In this document: piece by piece, positions 1-10,440 of the stretch | Layout: every line of letters starts with the position of its first letter | How positions within the stretch are numbered: position 1 is the stretch's first letter | DNA from: Moniliella sp. 'wahieum' | Taxonomy: Eukaryota | DNA length: 49,525 bases | Assembly: GCA_003971905.1 (NCBI GenBank) | Contig: RSEE01000097.1 | Location: forward strand, 186,001-235,525 | Direction: 5' to 3' | Notes under the pieces: model-generated | The model's database searches: none | The model's input: only the letters and a program-made list of their open reading frames with translations | Told to the model about the DNA's origin: nothing | Translations under genes and position numbers: made by a program

Positions 1-273
1 TGAGATCCTAGCCATGTCCTCCATCCTCACCCACCCCGACGCCGGAGAGGGGTCGGGGTTTTGAGGAACGCCCTTACCCGGTGGGCTGTGACAGATGCGG
101 ATGCGCAGCGCCACCCACTTCCCCCGACAGCACCCGCCTTGTTGTTCTCACGCCGACGGATGCGTGCTTGGAGCTCACCCACCTCCCTCCAATTGGGGTT
201 ACTCTATTGCTACCGTTAATGCATTGCTCTCATTCTCCACCCATCCTAATCCAAGCTCAATCGGTATGGGCAT

Positions 274-723
274 ATGCGCCGCTCCATGCCCCAGTCGAGC
301 GAATTTGGCGCGGCACTGGAAATATGGAAAACCTACACTACATTTCCGCGTGGCTCGGCCGAAACATGTGGGAATAAGGGGATCGATCCCTTTATCCAGA
401 ATGGCGGGATCGAATTGGATTTCGGGACCGAGTCCAAATCCACCCCCTTGCCTACGAAACCCACTCGACCCAGGCAGATTTCGATGCTGGCTCTTGTACG
501 AATACGTTATCTGTATCTCCAGCTCTTCCCGGGACCGTTGCACATCCGTCTTACCAACTGTGGCCACACATCTTGCACATCTTGTTTCGAAGATGGGATT
601 ACCTTGTATGCACGCCAAGGGGACTTCCCAGCTGCACGTGCGTGTCCGACAATCGAGGGCGGTGCTGTGCACAAGGGACGGCATCCTCGCCCAATGAGAT
701 ATGCAGCGACTGCTTCAACATGA
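274..723 (+). pseudogene. Degenerate RING-finger-like coding fragment
   Basis: Across a frameshift it reads EYVICI...TNCGHTSCTSCF...ACPT (about 500-651), which is C3HC4-like spacing with the first and last Cys missing. Boundaries are unknown. Confidence 0.3.
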
Positions 724-1496
724 TGCGATTGAATTTGACGACGACGATGAGGTCGAAGCGGCTGTGTGGATGTGCCCCGGATCGGAGAAAAGCTTAGGCT
801 TATTCCCTTTTCTCCATCATTCACCACATCACATATACCCAACAGATCGCGTTATATCCGTCCTCTGGCCGACAAACCCACCTCTCTGTCACACCTTTGC
901 ACACGAATGGACTATAGACGAACCTTCAGACGCGGATATAGGACGGTCATAGTGTTGTATAGGACCCGCAATGGACTATAACCGACACGATATATCTCCG
1001 TTGAGGGCGATTGCCAGTTTAGAGAAGGTGCATGACTTCACTATGGGGGTGATGATAGCTTCCCCAGACAGATACCATGTGTTTGACGGTGGTACTAGGT
1101 TAGTATCGTGAGTTATATTTGCGCCTGCACTTTCTTTGCGCTCTCTTCATCGACTTCATCTCTCACTGTCTTTGCTATCCTCTCTTCCTCTCCTTTTCCT
1201 GTCCATCTATCTTTTTGAGCCATTGACCACTTTCACCTGCACTCCCGGCATCTTGATCCCACTTAAATGCCAATCTGTCTACTATTTCCTTTCCCCCTTT
1301 TGCGGGTGTGTTCAGTTGTAGAATGGTATGGATGGTGGCTGTGAGAGTAGCAAAACGAGACGGCTATCATGATGCTTGGTCCTGCCTCTGCCTGTTCATC
1401 GCAATTATAGGTTGGCGCCTGAGGTGTTTTGAAAGGTGCAACATCCCCGGCTGCTGTGTATGTACGGGTGAGACTGAGGCAATGGATTGGTGATGC

Positions 1497-2410
1497 ATGA
1501 TGGTCCTCGGCGGAAAGCAGGCGCGGAACGCGGACGCAGCAGTGGCCCTGGCGAATAATAAGGCCATCCCAGGCCATCCCAAGCCACGCCCCCGCCAGAC
1601 AGCGCCGAGGGACCACACCTCAATCCGGACGCTGGCACTGCTCCGGCTGAGCCAATGTCTGTCCCGCGCTTGGGTCTTGGCGTGCGCACCTTGAGCACCG
1701 CGCCTGCCCTCTGTGCTTCTGCCCCTCCCCCGCGTCCGCCCCTTCCTCTGTCTCTGTCTCTTCTTCCCTTCTTCTTCCTCTTCTTCCGCCGCTGCGGCTC
1801 CTGCCCCCACTCCTGCGCCCGGCGGCGACTCGGACCACAGCAAGGCCCATCCCTACACCCTCGCCGAATTCCGTGGCGCCATCGAGCTCGACCACAATGA
1901 CTTCCTATCCCGCCATCCCTTCTGGAGTGGCATGGCAGGTCTGCTGAGGCTGCGCCGAGTCCCCCACTCGTGGTACTACCGCGACTTGCTCCAACGGCTC
2001 GAGGTGAGCCAGATGCAAGCGCGCCTGCGCACCGCCCACCTCGACCGTTTCACCAACAGTTTTGGCGTGTGCGCGGGGACCCAGCAGCCTCGCTGCGCCG
2101 TCAACGCCCAGCCTTGCCCAACTGCCCCAGTCATCGTTCCTGCCACCTCTCCATCCACATCATCTCCTTCCCTCAACCCACTGACCCCGCTGTCGTGGCC
2201 AGCGAGGCACCCCCGTTGCCGAGCAAACACCGACCTAGTACGCTGGATGTGCTCTACCATTCCCGTGTTGGTTCCGAGCCGGAACGCGAGTACAACCGTG
2301 CGCTCTTTTCGCAGCTCCTGCCCACGTTGCGCCTAGCTGGGAATTTGCACGGCTCCAAATGTGGGTCCGGGTTGTGGGTCGGGTTGAGTCTGTTGGGATG
2401 GGGTCCCTAG
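1497..2410 (+). CDS. Hypothetical protein (frameshifted)
   Basis: Consecutive GC3-rich ORFs (1497-1694, 1713-2336, 1970-2410) contain globular-looking segments such as YTLAEFRGAIELDHNDFLSRHPFW and STLDVLYHSRVGSEPEREYNRALFSQLLP. No family recognised. Confidence 0.4.
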
Positions 2411-3104
2411 TGTCCCTTCTTCTCTTGCTTTGTTGCTTTGGCCCCTGCCCCTCTTTTGCATTTGCTCAAAAATCTCATCTAGTATCGTCATCCATTTGTG
2501 TTCCGGTTGGTGGACTGGGGTACTAGTGCCCCTCCGCCGATCCCAGCGTGAGTGAGAGGTTCGGTTAATGCGCTGCGCCATAGTAGGACAAGTCCACGCT
2601 ACATATGTCCCTCACTTGAGAGGAAAGCAAGACTTGTATGGCTACCCACGTCCGATCGAAACCTAAGAAACCGCGCCGAAGAGAGGAAGAGGAAGTGACG
2701 AAACAGGGGGGTCAGTAGGGCCAGTGGATGCGGCCTGTGAGTGCCCTCTGTTCCATGTGTGCCTTGGAAACCGCTGGGTTAAACGCTCCCACCATACCAA
2801 GCATGGGCAGCAACGGTGGTGGTAGTGCTGCCAGGCCTAACAACCAGAATAACCCTCTGGCTATTGGAGTGCGCAGGGCTGATTAACGTTCAACGCCGTG
2901 GCGCTTCCCACAAAATGAAATCAAGTAGGTGCGGGGTATGTGTGTACGTAAAACCCGGTCCTAGCCTGGTTCCACCTGGGCTGCCCGGAAGGCCCACCAA
3001 TTGCCATCCCCATCGCCATTTCCGTCGCGATCGCCACCACATCACCACCGCCACCACACCGCCCCACCACCACCACGTTATTCCAGTCCACATCCACTAC
3101 ACTG

Positions 3105-5709
3105 ATGGGTAGGATGCGCACCTGGCCTGCGCCGCCCCTGGCCAGATTGCGTGTCGGTGCGCGCCGGTTTCACACGAGCCCCATCGGCCGCAGAACGACG
3201 GCCTCCCGGCTCCGGCGCAGCGGCTGTGCCTCTCGGCGTGCGCCTATCCCGACACGCGCGTTCACGCCGTTGGCGGTGCTTCTCACCCTGCCTGGCTCGA
3301 CGAACCCCCTGACACTGACTGGGCCTTTGGAGGCGGCGACAAGAGTCGCTCGGGCCTCGCGATGCTCCAGGTGGCCTCCGCACGCCCGTACCTGCCGGAG
3401 GCACGACTGGCACCGCTTTTAGTCTCTCCCGCCCCGTGTACAGTGTCGATGGCACGAACCTTTGGGAGCAGATGCCCGATTAACTCTTCCACCGCCGCCG
3501 CCGCCGCCGCCGCCGCCACCTCATCCTCATCCTCTGCTACCACCTCAGCCTCTCCCCGCCTCCCGCCCCGGCGGGTGAGACGTTTACTTACTCAGCACCG
3601 ACAAGCAGTGTTCCCGCGTCGCCCTTTGACCCGACCCTGGGTACCGCGCCTAACGCCGTGGCGTTCTCCCGCGCCCATGGAGAGTGAGTCGATTTGTTGG
3701 GCCAGCGACGGGCGCAAAAGCAGCGCGCCTCTGGTTCCTACCAATCTACTGCGCGAGCGCTGGCATCACAGGCTCGGCAGGTACAGGGGCGGTACCCAAT
3801 ATGGGCGCAAGAACCGTATTCGTCACTCTCCAGGGGTGGGTCAACCCGAATCAGCTGCTACTGCCGGTGGCTCTGCCTCTGTCTCTGCTCTGCCACAACG
3901 GACCATGTTTGCTAGTCCCTCGTCCCTTTCAATGCCAACAATTTGGCTTCGCTCGGGTCCGACCCGCCCCTCGAACGCGTGCTGACAGCGGCGGGTCTAG
4001 CTGAGTATGCGGCCAGCCGGACCCCGACGCGGAAACGTACTGCGCTCATCTTCCCTGGCTTAGTGCGTGTTCATCCCCTATTTTATTGGCTTCCCCGTGG
4101 GCCAGAGCGCGTGCTCACTTTAGCTAACTTGCTCTTTTCCTCTTCAGCTCGGATCGCAATACGTTGGCATGGGACGAAACCTGTTCCGGACGTTTGCGCA
4201 AGCGCGCGACGTATGGCAGGCGGCCGAACAGGCGCTGTTTGTCTCCTCTGCTGAACCAGGGGAGCCCTACTGGATATCAGGTAGTGCATTGACAGATTGT
4301 GCCGGATCGCCACTGAGCGAGGAAGAACTCCTGACCGAGCAACAACACCGCCAGCACTTTCTCCGCCACCTCGAGGGCGTAGACGTAACCTACACGGACC
4401 CGGTACGTGACGCTGGTCCGTCTACTGCCCCTTCTGGTCCTGAACCCGTTGAAGGCGGATGGCTGCGCCAACTTGTCTTTGGCGGCGACCAGCTCGCCCT
4501 GACCCGACCTGAAAATGCGGCACCGGCAACGTTGGCATGTACCATGGCCTTTTTCAATGTGCTCCGTACTGCCTTCCCTACCGATTTGGTCGCGGACCAC
4601 ATTGATGTGCTCTGTGGCCATGGAACCGGGACGTATGCTGCGCTCGTGGCGGCTGGCCATGCAAGCTTGACGGACATGGTGCGATTGTTACGTCACCAAG
4701 GCCTGGTCACCGAACAGTGCTGGCACGACGACCCGCTCCTCTTCCCACCCGGCTGCCAGCGGCCGGACACGGACTATGCCAGCTGGGGATTCACCAACGC
4801 CGGCGCGCAGCTGTCTTCAGCTGCGGACGCAGCCGGCTCGGGATCAGGATCGGGATCTAGCTTCCGCCAGTCCCTCATGACGGCGGTGATGATCCGCCCG
4901 GGCCAGCTGCACGCAGCGCTGCTGCGGATCGAAGAACTGCGCACACTGATCCACCTTGGTGCGGCCCCGATCGAGGTGCGCACAGGCACGGGCGAGAGCG
5001 CCGACCAGGGCCGCGAAGCGTTCTTGGATGCCCACGAACTCGTCGAGATCGCCCAGTACAACTCGCACTTCCAAATCGTCTTGTCGGGCACGCGGCGCGC
5101 GGTGGACTACGTGTGCGACGTACTGCAGCGCGAGCGACTGGGTCATCGCGCAGTCAACCTCCCCGTTGCAGGACCGTATGGGACGAGCCTGATGCGCGCG
5201 GCGGACCGGGCGGGTGCAGCCGGCGATCCGGGCGTTGCCGCTGCGCGAGCTGCCGCGTGCGAAGCGGGCAGCGGCGGGGGGGAGCGGATCAGGGGCACCT
5301 GCGCCGCCGTCGGTTGCGCAGCTGGAGCTGGTGAGCGGGTACGATGGCGAGCCGACCAGCTCGGCGCGGGCGGTGCGGTGGGAGATGCAAGGCGGGCTGG
5401 GGCGGCCGGTGCGGTGGCTGGACGCGCTGGATCGGATGCTGGAGCGCGGGGTGGAGCGCTTCATCTGTCTGGGCCCGGGGCGGGCGGTGGGCCACCTGCT
5501 GAGCAAGGAGCTTGCGCATCGCCAGCGCGTCGAGGCGAGCAATGCGCAGCGCGGCCTGGCGGAGGTGCACCGCCTCGGCCGCGCCGTACGACGCGCCGCG
5601 CACACCGGCCCACTACGAGGTGTGGTCCGTCGCGTCGACGGAGGATGTGCGGCAGCTGGGCGGCGTGCTCAGCCGCCTCTCCCACTCGGAGCGCGGCGGG
5701 GCGGCGTAG
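3105..5709 (+). CDS. Mitochondrial malonyl-CoA:ACP transacylase (FabD/MCT1)-fold protein, catalytic residues substituted
   Basis: Presequence-like start MGRMRTWPAPPLARLRVGARRFHTS. RTALIFPGL|LGSQYVGMG spans an intron at 4063-4147 (GTGCGT..GCTAAC..CAG). Further FabD-like motifs: GHGTGTYAALVAAG, IAQYNSHFQIVLSG, LPVAGPYGTSLM, RPVRW, GVERFICLGPGRAV. Several frameshifts. Confidence 0.8.
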
Positions 5710-5730
5710 GCGCGTCGGATGGGAGTGTAC

Positions 5731-5771
5731 TATGACTGCTATGACTGCTATTCCTGCTATTGCTACTGCTG
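5731..5771 (+). repeat. Short degenerate 9-bp tandem repeat (TATGACTGC) in 3' UTR
   Basis: tatgactgc tatgactgc tattcctgc tattgctactgc. Confidence 0.6.
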
Positions 5772-6315
5772 CGGCGGCCACAGCCATCCTCCGACGCAGC
5801 GCAGACAGACGTTGAGCCATGCGCTGTGGGTTGGGGGGCACCAGTGTGCCCGACGGAGGAGTGCCTTGTGGCTTGCGGGGTAAACTAGCCCGGACAGACA
5901 CGATGCATGACGTCATGGGGCTCTGCAGGCATCATGCACCAGTCACACCGTTCGCACGGGCCGATGCAGCCATGTGCAGCAGCATGCAGATCCTGCTGCG
6001 ATCTTGTGCGAGGCACGAGGCAGCAGGCAGCAGGCAGGAGCTAGTCACTAGGCAGGAAATCGTTCTCTCCGCCGCAGAATCTGCGTCATGGGTGCTCGCA
6101 CAGCGCCAGTACCGGCGCCCAGGGACACCCACACTGCCCCCGTGGCGGCTGCGTGTCGTCCATCGGCGATGGGCGAGCAGGGCAGCCATCTCTGACGTCA
6201 TTCGCTCGCGGCTGTGCTGCCGACAGCCAGTCGCCCCCGCGGCCTCAGCGGGCAGTCGCTCAACACTGAACTCTGCCTCTCCGCCACCTCCTCCTCCCCG
6301 ATTCGCCCATCCGCC

Positions 6316-9300
6316 ATGCTGGGCATCTCCAAGTCAGGCGGCATCGATACCGAGCTGCTCGACAACCTCATCCTCGCCGAGCGCAAGCTCGCCAGCACCC
6401 TTTCCCATGCCCATGCCGCCGCCGACGCCAGCTCCCTCGCCACCTCGGCCTGGGCCGCCCCCGAGGGTCCCGCGTCGCAGCACACTGCTGCAGTACTGAC
6501 CGCCGCCCTCCAGGCCTCTTCCTCTGCCCTCGCTTCCTACGCCTCCTCCGTCGGCACCTTTGCCGCCGAGCTCGAGGGCCTCATCACCAAGGAGGCCGCT
6601 GTTGGCGAGGTGGCCCGCGACCGCGACATCCTCGTCTCCCGCATGGTCCGCCTCACCAAGAAAAAGACCAAGCCCGGACACGAGGCGCAGCAACTCCAGA
6701 ACATGGCTGACGTCCAGCACGAGCTCGCTGCCTGCGAGGCCGTCCTTGCGTCCGAGCAGAATGCTCTCTCTCTCGCCCGCCGCCAGCTGCTGACGCAACA
6801 CGCTCACACCCGTCTCACCACCCTTGTCCAGGCCACCTCGGCCTCTCACCAGTCCGCTCTTGACGCCCTGCACCAGCTGGATGGGCTCGACACTGCGGGT
6901 ACGTAGTTGCCTTTTTGCACTCTGTCTTCTGCCACCTACTGACCTCGTTTTTTTTGTTCCAGGCCAACCAACAGAGCAGTCTGCGGAAGCTGCCACTGAG
7001 CAACCATCTATCAAGGAAACCCAGGCGTCCGCCGTGCCAAACACCGAATCTGAACCCAGTGTTGAGCCAACCCCTGCTCTCAGTTCCGCTGTTCCCGCCG
7101 TGCAGGAGACGATTCCCGAGGCCGACGCGGTGGAGCCTGTCCCTGAAGCCGTACTGGATGCCGAGACGCCCACTGATGTGCCTGGTGAAAATGCAGCCGC
7201 TGCTGAGACCACAGTAGAGACCCGGGACCCTACTTCGGCCTCGTATGAGCCTGCTCACGAACCTTCTCCCTATGAAACGGCCGAAATCGGGGTCGTCGCT
7301 CCAACCGCGACCGAACAGACGCCGGTAGACGAGCAGCTGAGCACCCCAGCCGAAGCCGCTCCCGAGTTGGCCACGGAACGTTTGGCCGAGCCTGCTTTCA
7401 TTGCGCCTCCTTCTGGCCTGGGGCAAGAGCAATCGCTCGCGCCTCCTACCACGGCCGAGGAATACATTACTCCGACTGAAGAAGTGGAGGAGCCAGTGGC
7501 GGACGAGTACGAGGGCTACTCTTCCTCCGACCCGGATGCCGAAGCCGAAGCCGAAGTGCATCAAGGCACTTACGCTACCGAGGCCGCCCAGCGCACGGCG
7601 CGATACAATGCCCAGGCGGTCGCCACGCCTCCTCATGGTAAGTATCTGCCTGCGTCGTTGCAGACTGAGGCTCCTAGTGCACCCCGTACGCCCTCGCGCT
7701 CTGCCGTCGCCGCAGTGCAGCCTGCCCCCAACTCACAGCCCATCGAGGTCGGTCCAGATGGTGCACTGGACACGGTGGGCCTTGCAGCGGACGCGGATGT
7801 GGCGCAGCGCTATGTTGCCACACACGATGCTGGCGATGCTGAGGAGGCACCTGCGCTGGAGAGGAAATCGTCCAAATTGGCCAAGCGCCTTTCGCTGCGT
7901 CGGAATGGCAGCAAATCAGGTTCTACCCCGATAAGGCGGCCAAGCGTGCCAGTGGTGGTAGCTTTTTGCACCGCCTCAACTCGGTCCTCTTGACCGACAT
8001 TGCTACTGCAGCAGGCGAAGCAGCCCACGAAGATGGCTCGCCACACGTGAAAGCAGAGAAGAGCGAGGTGGGCGAGGGCAAAGCGAGTGGTCTGCTGCGC
8101 TCCCTTTCGGCTCGCTCGCCCAAACGTCCTTCGAGCGCCCGCCCAACCCTGCCTCAGGGTGTCGTCTTGTCGGACGACGAGGCAGAGGACGCTTCCCGAG
8201 CGCCTCCGCACGAATGGAAGACGCGGATCGATAAGAACGCCGCACGGGCGACCGACGATGGCGGGAGCCAGCGTAACCGCCATTCTATTCTTTCCTCGCG
8301 CCGGTTTGGCGTGGGCAATGGCAGCGACTCGGACGAGGCGTCGGAGGTGGTGGTGCACCACAATGACCCGACCCAAGCGTGGCCCAGCAAGGACGCCATC
8401 TTTGGTGGAGAACGCCCCTTCCTGCAGCAGCCCAGCGATGCGCCCCTCCCGACCCACAAGCGCAAGCCATCCAAGCGCTCTCACCGCTCGGCCCCGCCGC
8501 ACGTGTCGACGGCCGTGCCCGCAGCTGCGTTGGCCCACGGAGAGAGCAGTCCCGCCTCGACGGACCCGCAAACGCCGCCGACGCCAGGCCAGGAGCCACA
8601 CTCCCACCATAGCCCTCTCCCGGCCGGCCCAAAAGACCCCGCTTGCCCCTCACGAAGTCTACGTCCCTGGTGACGCTTCCGACTGGGTGGAAGCAGGAAA
8701 GCACGATTCGCTAGCGACGTCGGGCGTAGGTTCGGTCCCGGAGCCTTCTCGCCCGGGCGCCTCGGTCCGAGGTGGCTCGGTGCGCACCAGCTCGAAACGG
8801 ACCGAGGGCTTGCACGGTACGCATGACGTGTACGTCCCTGGCGATGCGTCCGATTGGGTCCAGGCCGGCAAGCACGATAGTCTGGCTCGTGCCGGCAGTG
8901 GCTCGGTGCGGGGAACGACGGCCAGCCGCAAAAAAGCCCTGAATGGCACGTTGCTGCCCGCCGAAAAGAATGGTCCGTCCAACTGGATCGCTCACCCGCA
9001 AGAGTACTGGACCGCCCAGGACCACGCTGCCCACGCGGGCGTCGTCCCGCGCGGCCAGGGAGACCCCACATCGGAGAGCGCAGCGGCGGCCGAGTGGAAG
9101 CACCACAAGAAACTCTACCGTCGCTCGGTGCGCGACAAGCAGGCGGCGCAAGCGGCAGCGTTGGCGGCCCAGCCACCTCCGGACCCCGTAGTGGAACCCG
9201 AACCGGAACCGGAACCGGTGGCGCCGCCCAAGCAGTACCTCGACCTCGATGCGCTCTACTCGGCGCCCGGTGGCCACTCGCCTCCCCCACCGAAGGTCGA

Positions 9301-10093
9301 GCCGGTTGCTGCGCCGCCCGATGCGTTGGCCGCCGCCGTCGCGGCTCCTCCTGGACTGGCGTTGCCGTACAGCAGCTCTGCCCTGGCCCCGTCTGCCCCT
9401 GCCGCCGCGTTGGCTGCGCCGCCGGGCCCTGTCCTCCCCTCGGCCGAACAGCAAGCCAAGTTGACCAGCGCTGGACTCGGCAACGAGCTGGACGCGCCGA
9501 CCAGCACGGAGACTAAGCCCACGGCTCGGTCGATGCGTACGGTGCGGACCAAGAGCAGCAAAAAGTCTCGTCGCACGGTCGATACCACTGCCACGGCCGG
9601 TTCGGCCCCACGGGAACAGGTACCGGCCACACGTACGAGGCGTTGCTCTACCCCCCTGGCGCTGGCACGGCCCCGACTGACGCGGGCAGTGTGCTGGGTC
9701 TCGTGCCCCACCCGGCCGCCGAGCCAGCACCAACAGGCGTGCCGTTCCAAGTGACCGCACCGGGCTCATCGTTGGCGTCTGGTGCGTACCGCCTGGCGTG
9801 CCCAAGGCGCCGTCGCACAGCGGCGAATGGGCACGCGCGTTTGCTGCCCGCTCACCGCACCCGGCCTTCAAGGGTAAGTCCAACGGTCGGAAGTGGTCGA
9901 CGCGGATTGCGGGCCAGCCCCGGCCGGCTCAGCGCTCGGCTCGCAACGCGTTAGCGACACGGAAGATGAGCCGGACTACCGCCGTGCTCAAGATGAGTAC
10001 GAGACGGCCACGTCGGCCTACCACGCTGCTCGGTCGCCCAAGTCGTCCGACTTGGCTTCGGTCGCATCGCGCATGCTCAATGTGGGGCGCTGA
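6316..10093 (+). CDS. Pil1/Lsp1-like BAR-domain protein with long disordered tail
   Basis: N-terminal helical domain DTELLDNLILAERKL...EVARDRDILVSRMVRLTK...VQHELAACEAVLASEQ resembles basidiomycete Pil1-type BAR proteins. Intron at 6899-6962 (GTACGT..CTGAC..CAG). A Pro/Glu/Ser-rich tail runs through frameshifts to TGA at 10091-10093. Confidence 0.6.
8651..8887 (+). repeat. Two-copy intragenic 22-aa repeat H[ED]VYVPGDASDWV[EQ]AGKHDSLA
   Basis: Copies at 8651-8716 and 8822-8887, with many synonymous differences. Confidence 0.9.
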
Positions 10094-10440
10094 GGTTGCC
10101 TATTTTGAAGAACGCTTCCTTTCCTTGCCCCTTCCTTGATTCTCCCTCCCCCCCTCCTCCCCCTTCCTTCGTCCTTGTGATTCTCCTCTACCATCCTCCC
10201 TGTCAACTACTATCCTCCTTGGCCGTCGTCGGCCTCGCGCCCCTCTTCTCCTCGCTCGTTGCCTGTCTTCCTGTTCTTTTCTGTGTCCTTGTTTTGTTCC
10301 CCTTGTTCTGTTCTATGTCGCCTGCTTGACGTGATTGCTTGCACCCTTTGTGGAGATGGAAGCCCTTTCTCCCGTGTATCTGCCGCTTGATTCCGATTTT
10401 TATTTTGGTAGTTCGCTGCTTGGTTTCGTGTTCTGCAGGC

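Noticed and set aside
376..394. Near-palindrome TAAGGGGATCGATCCCTTTA
   Set aside because: It is an isolated short hairpin with no supporting context.
3105..5709. Trans-AT of a polyketide or fatty-acid gene cluster
   Set aside because: There are no KS or ACP genes nearby, and the protein has a mitochondrial-type presequence and no catalytic Ser.
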